Of a stretch of 64,000 bases of DNA, positions 1 to 13,820 are shown piece by piece. Numbering within the stretch: position 1 is the stretch's first letter; each line of letters opens with the position of its first letter. The stretch lies in contig OZ316897.1 of NCBI GenBank assembly GCA_973895155.1, positions 18,014,457-18,078,456 on the forward strand. Direction: 5' to 3'. This DNA is from Marsupella aquatica. Taxonomy: Eukaryota; Plantae; Marchantiophyta. The position numbers were made by a program, and so were the translations under genes. The notes under the pieces were generated by a model. It was not told the origin of the DNA, searched no databases, and worked only from the letters and a program-made list of their open reading frames with translations.

Positions 1-3000
1 AGAATCGCTCAAAAGATTAAGCTGTATGACAATTAAAAGAGCATAGAGTTCGCAAAATTGCTTACGGGTCCCTCACCTAGAATCCACAGGATAACCAGCT
101 TGTGATTAAAGTTCAAACATCCTGCCAAGATTTATTTTCTCTCTGAGATTAACTCATTGCAACTACCACCTGTCATGCTTGGTGACGAGAGTACATACTT
201 AAGATTTCTCATCATAAATAAATCTAAAGCCCTTGCAATTCAATCATCAGGCTAAGACTGTTTCTGAAGTGTCATCGTGCTTCGCAAGCATTTGTCTAAT
301 TCCTGAAGTATTCACGGAAAGACAGAAGACGGCAGCTACAACCCATAGCCATGGCAATCAGAAATCCTTGTACCTGAAAGTGCCCAAAGTGGAGCCATCA
401 CTAGTGTTGATTTGCCTGCACCATTGCTATCAGCTCCAGCTGAATCCATATTTCTCCCACACACTACCCGAATTCCCCTTTGCTCCAAAGGATAAACTAC
501 AGGCTCAAGGTAGGGACCAAAACCCTGAATCTCCACTTGCTGTAGGACCAGATTAACTACATCAGAGATATCTCATGGTCAGATGTTTAATCAAGAGATT
601 GAAGCAGATAGAGTGCACAAGCAAATGCTATTCGAGAAAAACTCAAAGTTGAATGTACAGAAAAATCCATTAATCAACGTCTACAGCAAGCTATGGCACA
701 ATGTTGTGGAAATTGTAGAATTAGCACCTTGGGGCCTCTGAATGAGTTTAGCTGGAAGGTCCATGGTACGCAACATCTCTATTCCTTTTTGCCTCGCTCC
801 AGAGCTCATCTCTACCCGCTCAGCATATATATTGAATAGCCCGAATGCGTCCTGCAAAGATATCCACTATATACAATCAGAAGATGGATAGAGGATATTC
901 GAGAGATAGACAGAAAGCACGAAAGCAAAAAAAATGCACCATAAGCACTGCACTGTCTCAAGCCCTCGGAACTACAATTCCAAGGACGTCCTCGGAACTA
1001 CAAAATCTCAAACCGTCTGCCAGCAAATGTATTCCTCAGATCATCAGAAATTCTAACGACCAAGAGCAATGATGCCTCAAAGTCTTGGAAGGTTAATTCT
1101 GGCTAAGAAAGTGAGACTACGCAGGCCTGCAGACGACAAAACGATAAAAACTGTACTTACCAGGTTTTCGGCCTCTTCAATTCGAGGCTTAGATGTAAGA
1201 GTTGGGAAAACCAAATCAATTTCAACACCCCTCGTTCGAAGCCTCTCCTGATACAGCCCAAAGGTGGATAACAGTAACAAAGAATGTTAGAATGAGTTTT
1301 AGGAGTCCAAATGTAAGCGAGTGAAAATTTTGTTTGTCTACGAGCTATTTAATCGTTACATGGATAGAAAGCGGATGATCACATTTGTCGACTTGCACCC
1401 AGCTCTTACCCATCCCAAGCTAGTACAACAAGTAGGTCAAGTGCAGGTGAAACATCTAAAAGGTTTCCTAGGAAAAATAGCATCCCCTTCCCCAGCACAT
1501 GCTAGTCAATTTCATGAATGCATTCGATGCACCAAAAGTATTTTAAACTATTCATATTTCCCATGAGATAGTACCACATCCTCTTTGATATGCTCCTCCG
1601 CAAGTGTTGAGGAGAGCAGCAGACGAATGTGGTCCCCGCTACGCAGATTTTCAATCTTCTCTAAAGATAATTCATCGGTATCCGAAATGACAAAGTGCCG
1701 TCCGCCTATGTCGATGGAGACTTCTCCAACTTTCTGTTCCACAACAACACAAAAACATTACTTGTGAAATTTTAAAGAAATAGAAGAGGTCTTCAGGTAT
1801 TTTCACGCAAAATTGGGATATTGTGAACCAGAAGTGTAGACTGGCCAACCTGCCAAGAATTGTTCAAGAGTAGAAATCTCTTCCTCTGACCAACTTCACT
1901 TGCAGAGATTTGATATGGAGAGCCAATGTACTCAATCTGAGTATCTTTCACAACATGAGGTTTGTGGTAGTGTCCAGTGAAGATCGGAATATCCCGTGGA
2001 AAGTTACTTGGCTCTATACCCTCTTTTGCCTGGTAGGATTCATTCATGTATGCCCCAACCTGAATCATAAACCCAGAGACATACGTCTGAAATCTTTGGA
2101 TCGTCTGTATAACAAACACAGAAGATTGCGTTCGCTGCGACCCAATGTCATATTTAACAACTAAAAGTTCTTAAGGCAAGATTTCTTGAGAAAGTTCTCA
2201 ACGCAAAACAAAAGAATGTATTAGTTTAGGACCGTTAGGCCAGCGGGTGCTTGTAGCGATACACACCACATCAAGATGTGCAAAGATCGCCTTCACGTTG
2301 GGATGTCGATGGAGTGCCTCTTTAATCAAATCATGGTCCCGGCGAAAGGGTAACCAGAGGGCATCTAGGAACGCAACAGGGTTATCGAAAACCTTTATCA
2401 AAGGGTTCACAGCTCCTAAAACCATCAGGGCATGCATTTGACCACCCATATTCACCTGCCGAAAAATGCTCCAAAGAACCGAATCAGTCACGAATCAGAC
2501 TGTAATATGGTATCTGTAATAAATGAGACTCACAACAACCCGTTGTACATGACTGCTAGCAAACTCTACAGGAACAATTGTTAACTAAAGGGCGCAGAAT
2601 AAGTAACGCAAGTGACCTGATCATGATTTCCAGGAATAAAAACTGCAGGGCAGGTCCATTTTGCAAGCTCGGTAACTACAATGTTAAGAAGTTCCACCGG
2701 AAGAGCTCCTCGTGCATGCCAAAAATCTCCCAGGAAGATTATTCCAGCTTTCCTGTTGAGTCAAAACAATAGTCTTCCACTTTCATTCCAAGTAGCCCTT
2801 AACGCAGGCAACTGAAACTCAAATGGAAATTCCATCTCAGATAAAGATATAAAAATGGGTGCACCGCTATCCTCTGTATGCATCATGTGAATATTAATCT
2901 TCTCCCCGTTCTTCAGAACACTGCAGTCTAGATTTCAGCATGCCAAAGGAAACGGAGGGGAGGTACTACAAGTGAGTGCAGCAGAACAACAATTGCGCAC

Positions 3001-4394
3001 TGGAGAATGTCTGACCTCCCAGACGCCTCGGCATGTACAGCTGCTAGAACTTTCAGACAAGTGTCACGCGTTCTCCGACTGAAGTGCAGATCAGAAAATA
3101 CAACCCACGTTTGTACCTTTGACCAGACCGATGCATCAGGTACTGTCACCTGAAAAAACGAGCTGTACGAGCATTACAGTCTGGAAGTTGTTTGTTGAAT
3201 CCTTACACAAGAGGAACCTAGGGAAAGTTGGGCGCCATACAATGCTCAGAGAATGATATGATTCGATCGCCTGTATTAGTGCAAATGCCATGTGGAAATT
3301 CAAGTAGGGATATCTTTGATTAGTTTCTTCATACAAAGGTTTTGCAACAACTAACGAGAACGAGACAAGGCAAAGAGGTGGTCGGGTGAACTTCAAGCTG
3401 CTGCATCTAAAATCCAAGACATCGTCTAAGATTTACATGTACTTAGACGACGATTTTGAGTCACTGCGTGGCGTCTATTCCTCCCCGTAACGTTGACAAC
3501 GGAGGATTTCACTCAAAAGACACGAAGTACCGGCACCCTAAGGATCGCTTAACGTTCAAGAAGATTTGGCTCATCTTTGAAATCTCTCTTATTCGAAACC
3601 GGAAATAGAAAGTCGTCAAACATATCAAGTAAATATTGCCACAGTGAGGCTGTACACGAAGTGCTCACAACTATCCTTTTCACCAAGAACCGTCTACAGA
3701 ATTTCAAGTAAATGTTGAAAACCAAGTCGAGAGGGAAATCCAAAACAAATTCAAAAAACTTTCCGTGATGAATTACCACAAGTCATCCTGGAGGATGTAA
3801 CGATTTTCCTTACAGGCACAAAATCGGAATTGAGGAAGAAAGTAAACATACTTGTTGGAGAGCACTGCTCTGCTGGGCATCGCGGGAAGGAACTGGGCTC
3901 TGCAATTTCGTAGGTCTCTTTCTTGGTTTGGGAGAGGATATCTTCTTGGGCAGCTCCTTGGTGGGTGTGTCGAGGTCAGAGCAGGCAGTCGAAGTAGCAA
4001 TCAGCTTGCTCCCACCACATCTAGCCAAATTACTGGCCAACTTCGATTTCTGCATCCAAAATCCAAGTGACGTGCGACCTCTTCCCGGAGCTCCAGCTCC
4101 AACTTCAGCTCCAGCCCAGCTACTGGAGAGCTCACGGTTGGTCTTCACAATCTGGGCAAAAGTCGGACCAGGGCGCCTGGCAGACACTGGAATGCACCCA
4201 GCAGAAGGCGTGCCTGGAAGTCGTGAGAAAGGCCCCAACGCCATGTGTGGCAAACCCACGGCTTGAGCCAGCAATTTCTTCATGAATTCTTCTCGGAAGA
4301 AATAACCTGCGACACATTCTTTTCCAGCCCACTGCCGTGTTGGACCTTTCATCGATGTTCCCTTGAATAAATGTGAGCGTCGTGCTCTGTACAA
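1..4394 (-). CDS. Multi-exon host gene: SbcD/Mre11-like metallophosphoesterase fused to an SbcC/Rad50(SMC)-like P-loop ATPase; probably continues beyond the left edge; N-terminus resembles an organellar transit peptide
   Basis: Exons with GT-AG borders give phosphoesterase motifs in order: VFSDLH (~3100), IFLGDFWH...PGNHDQ (~2620-2750), FAHLDV (~2270), FTGHYHKPH...YIGSPYQ (~1910-1990). These are followed by EIQGFGPY...GRNMDSAGADSNGAGKSTL (Walker A, ~375-540). Exact start codon and some exons unresolved. Confidence 0.82.
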
Positions 4395-4789
4395 AAACAG
4401 AGCTCTGCCATGCTTCTCCAGTAGCCTGTGAGAATAACGAAAGTGGTGTAATGTAATTAATTAAGAAATTTAATTAAGACCATGTCTCCCGGATTGGGGT
4501 TCCTGCCTTTTTGGCCGTGTGATATATATGTCTTTTTGGCACTGTTATATATATATCTACCTACTATAATATACAATCCCGCTTTTTTTTGAGAATCGTC
4601 TGCTTACAAAATCAAAAAGAAGCGGGATGAAATTGTGTCTGTTGGATTAAAACGTGTATTTCCATCACCGTTAGATCGGATCATCAGCCCGTCCTGGAGC
4701 ACAATTGGGGAAATCATGGTCCAGGCATTTGTGTCCACCACAAGACCTCTTTTTATCACCTCACGCAAGGACGACAAAACCTGACAAAA

Positions 4790-5570
4790 CCGTCCCCTCG
4801 CCTCGACTCGCACGGGATTCCCTCCCTCCCTCGCCTCGGGACTCCCTCCCCCGGCAGCTGGGTCCAGGCGTTCCATATTGAGGCGCCCCCCAAAACCCCA
4901 GCGTCGACCATACTCCCGGCCGAGTCCTCCCTGCCAATGTCGACTCGCCTCCCACCTCCTCGCCGTGGCCTATGGGAGTCGACCCCCCCACCCCGACTCG
5001 CTCTCTCCCCCTCCCTCGCCTCGCCTCCTTCCGTCGCCTCGCCTCCCCTCGCCTAAACTCGCACCGGCTCCCTCCCTCCCCTCGCCTCGACTCGCACCCC
5101 TCCCCCTCCCTCCCCTTGGCCGGCTCACTGTTTCCCTGGCCTCGACTCGCCATGGGACTCCCTGACTCCCTCCCTCGCCTGGACTCGGGACTCCCCCCCT
5201 CGCCACGACTCGCTCCCCTGTGCGAGTGAGTCCCTCCCTCCCTCGCCTGGACTCGCCCACTGTCCCTCGCCTGGACTCGGGACTCCCTCCCTCCGTCGCC
5301 TCGACTCGCTCGATAAATGCCAGTCATGGGAGGGGGACAGAGGAGTTGGGGTGGGGCCGTGGAGGACGGCCGAGTAAAAGCAAGTCGGGCGGGGGTTGGA
5401 AAATGTCGAGAGGGAGGGGCAGCGACCGAGTTAGGAGGGAGGGAGAGACTCGGGCGAGATTCGAGTGGAGAGGGAGGCGAGGCGCGAGCGGCGAGCGTGG
5501 GGCAGCGGGACTGTCGAGGAGGGAGGGAGTGACTCGGGTGGCACTCGGGTGGAGGGAGGCGAGCAGCCAC
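4790..5570. repeat. GC-rich low-complexity repeats (CCCTCGCCT(C/G)GACTC-like) in the Helitron 5' region, partly mirrored in inverted orientation
   Basis: Many copies of cctcgcctcgactcg / ctccctccc at 4790-5310; complementary gggagggag / gaggcgag copies at 5410-5560. Confidence 0.6.
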
Positions 5571-6558
5571 AGAGGTCAGTTGACCCCGGCGTGGCAACTG
5601 GCATGGCAGATGGCATGGAGCCCAAGACGCTCATCAGGCCTTGCTGCTGTTGCCACGGCCGTTGCCTGATGCTCCCTTCAGAAAACTGCCCTTTTCCAGT
5701 CCACGTCATCTCGCTCGCGGCCGTTCAGTCCTGGGGTTTTGCTCTCCCCCATGGCCAAAGCCAACACGCACAAACTGACGCAGGTGCAGCTCATAAACCT
5801 CTCGCACGGCCAAACCCTGAAGTGCGACATGCCAGGCCCCTCCCATTTTCCAGTACACTACCCATTCCCTTTGTATTTCTGGGTTCGAGGCCAAAATATG
5901 GGCGGGTAAAGTGGTCCAGGGGTCGCAGGACCCCAGAAACATATATAAGGAGGGTGCATTGTTCTTAGAGGTCATGGGGAAGGGTAATTACCACAGCTTG
6001 CATGACGGCTTTTGCTGACCAGTTTTGGGGGGAATGGCTTGGACGACCATTCTTTTGGGGGAATTTTGTGTTTAGGGTGACCACCATGGGTGATGGCTTG
6101 GGTGATGGCTTGGGCATCATTTGGGGGGATTTGGACTTCATGGCAAGCACCATGGTTAATGGCTTTGGTGACCACTTTTTTTCCCTCAATGGGTGACGGG
6201 CAAACCATGGGCCATGAGAGGGGGTGAGCCAGACCATGGGATGGGTGACCGCCAAACATGGGCCATGGGATTGGGTGTCGGACAACTGCCGCAAGCAATA
6301 AGAATACCATAGGGGCAAGAGACATTCGAAAACGCGATGATCGCCTTGAAGGTTGGAAGGGTGAGACAAGGGGTCCCGGTAAGCAGTATCCTCGACGGAT
6401 ATTGGGACCCCATCAAAGTCTCAAGTCTCTTGCATTGGTGTGGCCCAGCCGGCGTTCAATATAGTTAGGGGTCTGTCGAGCTTGAATGAATTTGGATTTT
6501 AAAAAATAATCATATGTTTTGTGGGTTGGATGCAGATGATTAAAGGGGTTGAACATTT

Positions 6559-7364
6559 TTGGGCAACATGAGAACTCCGGGGGAGAGATCAGAGTTTAAT
6601 CGCAAGCGATATGCTCAAAACAAGGATGCCATAAATGCAAGGCGTCGGCAACGATACGCCCAACAACGGTTGCAAGGTGGGAATGTTGTGCACCAGGTCC
6701 ATGCCGCACCCGAGCAAAGTGTCTCGCCCAGTGTGGGGCCCTTGGTTTCTGCAGTACTTCCCACACCATGTGTGCCAACTGTTGTAGAAGAACCGAGGGC
6801 CATTAGTGGCAGACAATTGCGACGGGAAGCAAGGGTTGTACGAGGGGCATCAACAATATCATTGCCCCCCATTGAGGAGACAACTTTGGGACCTACTACA
6901 GTGCCTGGCCGTGCAAGTAGTGTGAGACAATTGCTTCATGAAGCAAGGGGGATGCACCAGGCATTGGCCAGATCCATGGCAATGAGGGCCAATCGAGACG
7001 GTGCCAGTGGTGCCTTGGATGCATGTGAGATTGACCACCCTTTGGAGCAATTTGTGCCTACCCCTCCATGTGAGCCCGTAGCCAACAATGAGCCCAGAGA
7101 TCCCAATGTCTTTGATGAGGATTGGCTCATTCATGGAGCTTTACAGGATGGAGCTGACTCGATGTGTGTCATCCCTACCTGTGAAGCGATACCAAACAGT
7201 GTATGAGCTGACCCTGACATCTTTGACGAGGATTGGCTCATTGATGGTGCCTTGCATGGGGAAGCGGGTCCTATTGTTCACGATGGTGGTGGTCACTTTG
7301 ACACATTTATTGAGGGCACCTTACGTTTGTCAGATGAAGAGGGAGAACAAGAGATTGAGGATAT
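6559..7364 (+). pseudogene. Helitron RepHel N-terminal part (piece 1)
   Basis: Basic NRKRYAQ...ARRRQRY start and a repeated DPxxFDEDWLIxGAL motif. One in-frame TGA at 7204; the frame then runs on to ...EEGEQEIEDI at the CACTA insertion point. Confidence 0.7.
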
Positions 7365-10300
7365 CACTAGAAGAAACCGAGCCATTCTGAGACCCAGCCT
7401 TACATGACTTGTGTGAGACCTTTGAAAATAAGTGACTCCAAGGTTTAGGGTGTCATCTTTGTTACATCTTCTTGACTCACTTTTGGTGAAGTTCTGGGAA
7501 GTCATGTATTTAACTATTGGGAAAGTTGCTTCTGTAACTGAGTTAAGGCAAGTATATTGAAGTTATATAAGTGACCATGACTTACATGATTTCCTTGCCC
7601 AATACATATGATTTTGGATCCATCATATTAATCACATTATGTCATGCAATTATATATAGTTACCTCCCTTTGCTTTAACCATCACTGAGTTGCTCTTTAT
7701 TGTTCCCCTGTAAGAAAGTATACATGACATTTTTACCCTAATTGAAGTTTAGGTAAGTAGGGCAAATTTGTGATTCTAGCTAGACAAGAACCAACCAAAT
7801 TTAAGTTAACATTCATGTACACGGCCGCAACTGAGTTCAAAAAGGTGTGAAAATTTGTGCCATGCCCCCAAAAATAATGATGCACCCTAAACCCTAATAC
7901 TCTACATACATAGTTACCTTAAAAAAGTCACCACAACCAATTAGTGGTACTTGTCACATACTGCTCACACACATATTAAAACTCACCGAGGAATGTCAGA
8001 CTTGGGCCTGCTTTCATGACTGCTTTCATGACTGCTTTTGGGTGTTGTTTTTTGCCATCTGGGTGACTTAGGATATTTATCTAACCCAATGACTATACCC
8101 AAAATACCCAACTAAAAGCCCCCCCCCCCAAAAAAATGCATGCACCCTTGGTCTTAGTTACCGTTTAATCCTAACTGTGAACTTACGTCTATATGTGTTA
8201 GGTGCTTGCAGAATGCCTATGAACGAGTCCTTCCAGTCGACTCAATGTTTAGGGTAAACGGATTTTGTAAAGGAAAATTGCACAAAGTGTCGACGGCTAC
8301 CACCAGGGTTTTCCTTCACGTTTCTGCAAGGGAATCCAAGGCCAAACACTTTGCGCCCGATAATGCACTTTTCCTCAGTTGCTCTCGACTCTTGCACCTG
8401 ATCGCACTCAGTCAATACATTTAGCGCTTTTGGAGGTGGGATTTCATGTCATTGCATAGGGCTTGGAGCTTCGACCTTTGGTATATGACCCATTGTCGAC
8501 TGCAATCTCACTATAGGGTTTAGGTGGGCCCTAAATCTTACATTCGTCTTTCCTGTGGTGACAACGCGGGTGCTAAGGTGTATAGGAGCAAGGTTGTCGG
8601 GAGGTTTATCGCGGATGACTGGCGATTGGTGAGGCCTATTTGCATTCATCTCCACTATCATTGGGTACCCGAGATACAACGATCGACCTTCTATACAGAG
8701 GCGAGGAAGTGACGAGAACCTACAACTCTTTGCGGGAATGCGTGGTCTTCTGCTTACCTGATTGCCCTCATGCTTGACTGTAAATACATTAGTAAAGTTT
8801 TGCTTTGGCTCAACTTTGGTCTTTTTTGGCCTTGCGTGACTGCGCTCACTTCTCTCGGTTTCCAGTGTGCAGTTGGCTAAAGACCTGGATGTCATGCTGT
8901 GAGTGCAAGCTGCTAGTAGTTGTCCATAGCTTGGGGAAAGCGGTGGGGACTGAGGCCACAAAGGAGTTTGACCTGCGCTTTTTTTTCTTTGCAGCAAGAG
9001 CGAGAGTGAGACGAGTTGCAAATTGAGTTTCATTGAGCTGCTGCCTTGGGCTTGGCGGAGGTCCTACACTCTTGTGTTGCTCACTTGTTCAGCTGCGGTG
9101 GGAGTGGGCTTTTGGTAGTGACCTGTTCAGTTGCAGTGGGAGCTGACAACTTTGGTGGCTGTGGTGTTGAGCTTCTGAGGAGGGCAAGCAACTGCGTGAT
9201 GTGCCCTTGAGTGAATGTCTCTTGGAGGAGCTGCGAAGTGGTGAAAGGGGAAGGAGGTGAGCTTGGGCCTGGAAGCAATGTGCTTCTCCAACATTTTTGC
9301 ACAATGCAATGCTGCTCAATCGTTTATCCTTCCTCTAAAGCTGAGTGTGACGCATCGACCTTTGACGGGAGTATCTGCATTACAGTTTGCTACATACGGC
9401 TGCTCTCTGTGTGGCAATCGCCAATAGCTAGCACAATGGAGGGTTCGACGTCAACTTTGAGTCATTGATCAGTGCACACTACATTGCTCTCCCTTTGCTA
9501 AACCCTTTCTTTTGGCTTGGTTCTTGGTGCCTTTGGCATAGGAGCGACGTTATTGCTAATCAACTCCCGAATCAACTTTGGAGGTGCGGGTTAGAAGGGG
9601 TTGGAGAGAGGAGGTCCAAACCGAGAATGCCCTTCACCGTCAACGGTTTCTACTAGTCCCGGCCATGCAGCTGAAAGTGCGCTTCTTTCAGGTGTCGTAG
9701 CATTCTGCCAGCCGGGTGCTTGGACTGCAGAGAAGAGCAGCCACAGTCATTGAGTTCTTCTCCTAGCTCAGCTGCGCATTGTCAACCATCGAGCGCTGCT
9801 GCGCGCTAGCTGTGAACCCCAAGAGGAGCTGCGACAAGGAGGAGATGCAACCAAGAGGAGATGCGACGAAGAGGAGATGCGACCAAGAGAAGCTGCTGCA
9901 TCCCACATTGAGTTGGACATTGAGGTAGGGACGTGAGCTACGCACTTTCAACCATCAAGCAACCACCAAGCTCGGCAGCGCTCTGGGATTTGTTGGCCAC
10001 AGCAGACAAAGCGGAAGACAAAGGTGAGTGTTCGTGCACCGTTAGAGTAACCGCAAGTACTCTATTACATGCCTCGTTGTTCTCTATTACATGCCTTGTT
10101 CTCCCGCCCACTGTTTCCTGCGATTTTCTTTCTTCCATAAGAGAATGGTGATTTCTTCTTCTATCAAACAAAACCCCACCCAACCACCACACAAGAACGT
10201 GGGGTGCGCGCTTCTTAATCCTCCTCAAACTGGCCCATTGTTCATTGAAACCCCACATATTACCCACCGGCACCAAGGGTCCAGTCCCAACCCGTCTTCC

Positions 10301-12019
10301 GCTCCCCACCATCTTCACTCTCTCGCGCATCTATCTCCTGAACGGCGTCGCTCTCCCTTAGACGCAGAATGCTCCGCTGTGATATTGCCTCGAACTTTTC
10401 TAGTGCAGTCTAGGCAATTAGACTGCTTTTGCGAAAACTGCCCTTCTTAAAAGTGAGCAATACTAATAAGCCCCGGGGGTGGAGCGTTTGTTACGATGGC
10501 CGTGGACCTACCGTGGGCTATGGTAGAACACTCTATTGTCTATGATGATTCTGAATCTGCTTGAACTGCGAGTGGATGTGCTTTAAGGCAAACTTGTCGG
10601 AGAAATTAGAATGGGGGGACGGAGCTGTCAGTGCTTAGGTTGTGGCATTTTTGAGATTGTCAAGAGTAATCTGTGATCTCATTTCTAAATGGTTTGAGCT
10701 CCTCTGATGTGCATAGGAATCGGGCTGAGGAAAGCTTTTGGGAGCTATCATCGGAACTAGCTTTCGATCTATTTCTGCTACTTTTGAATTGGTACTTGGG
10801 AAGGCTTTGTATCGTTAAGCACTACAAGATTCACAGGCCAGACCTGCTTGCTAGTATGAGGGGCTTTGAAGGAATGTGTGGCTAGGGCTGATTAAGTATG
10901 GATTAATTTTGCATTGCCTGAGATACTAAAACTGCCACCCGCTTTGTTTCAATGCCTTTGATATTAATTGTTAATATCTCAAGAGGGTTGTCAACTAAGC
11001 TGAAAGGAGTCAAAGCTAACTACAAGCTAGCAAATACAGAGAATGCTCCCAAGTCGAGTCAGGAGGAAGTTACTAAAACTAGACCTTCACAACTCTCGAA
11101 ACTGGAAAGTGAAATTCAGCGTGAGACACGTAGCTGAAGGCCACAAGGATAACTATATGGCCACGCTGTCCCCCATTCAAGTCCAAAGTCCTCTTCAGAT
11201 TGTCTGAACTCCTATTGAATGTATTGAATAATTATTTCATCACAGAAATTTTCAAAACAAACACGGAAGCACCAGGGGGCTGAGGATTGGATATTGAGGC
11301 TGAAGACATTGAGGTCATAAACTAGGTGTGGTTCGGGTGACAATGTTAGCAACTGATGCTTCTTCAGGGGAACTTCCCATGTGCAGTTTATCCACACATG
11401 ATTGACTTTGGTTCTTGCTGTTTTTCTTTTGGTGTACTCTTGAGTTTGGTGTCACTCTATCCTTTCCTGTAGCCTCGAAATAGGAACACACCTGCTTAGT
11501 GGTCCCCAATCGCCCAATGATTTATAATGACTGTGTCTAGGTGATGTATGCATTGCGTGTTCATTCCAGAAGAATGAATATGTACACTTTGCACAAACCT
11601 GGACAGATTTTGAATGTTATTTATCTGAGTTTCTGTTTGTGAGCTCTGACTTGGAGCCTTAACATTTGTGTTTCTGTGGGGCTGAGCAGAGTTTGTTCCG
11701 TCTAGAAGCTGCTGTACTGAAGTGATCAGCCTCCGGCTTGGAGGTGAATCTTCAATTTTTTGTGGATCCGAGTGACTTCTGTCCAGCTGAGTTTTGCTTT
11801 GTCGGGACGATTGTGTTTGGCTAAGATGCTAGATTGTGGCTTATCTTCTTGCTTCCAGCTTGTGTATTTTCAATTAATAGAAGTTGGGAACGAAGTGATA
11901 ATTGAATTTCCTTATATTAAGCATCTTCACCTAGAAACTCAATACATAAACTCCAGGATTCCCTCGGGACATAAAATGAGCCAAATTGTCTCAAAATTGG
12001 GAACCTGCACCCGCACTAC

Positions 12020-12311
12020 TCAAACAATTGTGTTGGGCTTGGTGGCCTTGTAAGTCTTCTTTAGCTTTCGCAATGGAGGTTGAATCTTGCAGTACATCAA
12101 GGGGAACTTGATCTTTGAATCATGGAACTGCTTGGTACTTTCTCGCTTGCACAGAGAGACAGGGACTGTCGTAGTCTTCATGATCTGGATGCAAGGGAAC
12201 CGAACTCTATGACAAGAAGCCATCTCATCATACATCTGCTCTGCAGCTCCGTTTCTTGTGGTATCACAATATTCCTTGTACATGTTGTGATAACCTGTAC
12301 GACTCTGATAC
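12020..12311 (-). pseudogene. RPL18A: Captured C-terminal fragment of 60S ribosomal protein L18a (eL20)
   Basis: [46 protein letters not shown]...[18 protein letters not shown]...[12 protein letters not shown] matches the conserved plant eL20 C-terminal half; the N-terminal half is absent. Confidence 0.9.
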
Positions 12312-13370
12312 GTGGACCCAGATACCGAAGTTCTTAATTGTGGTGGGCTTCTTTTTGAAGATCTGGTAGACACATTATTCAGCATTTGCTAACTTCGAAA
12401 CTAGAAGGGTAACACATTAAACAACAGAGAAACTCACAACATCCTCCTTTGGTCCTTCAGAGTCTGTACTTTGATTCTGAAGTTTGACTGAGTTTTTGTT
12501 TACTAAAAGAATGTGACTGTGTAAGAGTTCCGTTTGGCAGTGGATTGGTTGAAGCACTTCATGCTAGTGTGTTGTCCAAAGCTCTTCAACCAGCTTTCGT
12601 CTTCCTTGTCTTTCACCACTTACGATGACATCAATTCAGCTAAGACCATAGAAGGTTCCAAAGCATCTAACTTGTAAAATCGCATTCTGTTACATCAAGG
12701 ACTAAGGTGTTGGGTGCCAAAGGAGACAGCACAACAAACACGCTAAAAAGACTTCAGGACTGGGTTCAACAAGGTAGTGAAGGTGCTTAGAGCCATAGTA
12801 AGTATGCATTCTGTATCTTTCTCTGTTGATGTGAGCTTGTGCATAATGGGAGTTGTAGTTGGCAAGAGTTCCAAATATGAATAGATCCAGAAGTATGTGA
12901 TCATGTACTTGCTCTATAAAGTTCTGAAGATATAAGCATTTTCTGTTAGACCAGGCAACTTGGGAGTTGGTAAGTGTCACCTGCATCTGAGGGGCTACAC
13001 CGGGGCATCAGTGGAGGTTCACTTGCACAACACGACAACCAGTGAATTTTCTCTCTGCTGCAACCTGCAAGGTGAGACTTTCGGTCTTTCTGGATGAAAA
13101 AACAGGAATTTAATATGATTGATATACATGTCCATCGAGAATATGGGTTTATCACCAAGCTCTTTGTCTTAGGAAACTCATAAACTCAGAATCAAATATG
13201 TACTATGCACGTTTCATGCTATGTGTATACTATGACCTGTAGTTGGAACCAAGACAATGAGTGGGAACTGATTAGTTTAGGTGGTTGCTGTTGGCGAGGC
13301 AAGTCGACCTCCTGCTCACCTTGCTCATCAAAGGACGTGAACAGAGGACATCACAACGAAAGCAACACTT

Positions 13371-13820
13371 ATGGTGAGGACCCGCAACGCTAAACATGTG
13401 CGACTTGCACGCAAGGCAGAGATGTTGCGCCTTGAGTATGTCAGACTTGGGATCCTTCCAGCCCAGTCTGCATGGTACTTTGAGTACCCTGTTGTTTCCA
13501 GGAAAAACTACAGCCGGCCTCTACCTGCTTCAGTACCCTTCCCGACATCCTTGGTATTTGTGTCTCTTGTACATGACCCGCCACAAATTAGGTGCCAAGG
13601 GTGTGTACACAGTTGCCAATATGACTGTCCTGCCTGTAGGGCTTCTGGCCCAGAATTGGATGACCGTTCTCTTGGATGCCGATTTTTGCACAGAGCACAA
13701 TGTATCATCTGGAACCACTCGCCATCCTGCAGTGTGCCTGGTGATGTCACTTGTCCTGCCCTCCCAGACCCCACCACCGGTGACTTTGGTGTCTACACAT
13801 GTTTGGATCACATGCTCTAG
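13371..13820 (+). CDS. Small Cys/His-rich protein of unknown function (CACTA cargo), possibly zinc-binding
   Basis: 149-aa ATG-started ORF with a basic N-terminus and CQGC..C...CPAC....C..LH..QC...C...C..H; same strand as the neighbouring cargo ORFs. Confidence 0.45.
   Translation: MVRTRNAKHVRLARKAEMLRLEYVRLGILPAQSAWYFEYPVVSRKNYSRPLPASVPFPTSLVFVSLVHDPPQIRCQGCVHSCQYDCPACRASGPELDDRSLGCRFLHRAQCIIWNHSPSCSVPGDVTCPALPDPTTGDFGVYTCLDHML

Noticed and set aside
4604-6464. Many overlapping Pro/Arg/Gly-rich ORFs
   Set aside because: By-products of GC-rich low-complexity Helitron 5' sequence; no recognisable domain.
7880-8525. TTTAGGG/CCCTAAA motifs as interstitial telomere
   Set aside because: Only isolated one- or two-copy matches (telo-box-like); no array.
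12702-12986. Weak resemblance of LLDLFIFGTLANYNS to a COP9/PCI subunit
   Set aside because: Too short to support a call without a search.
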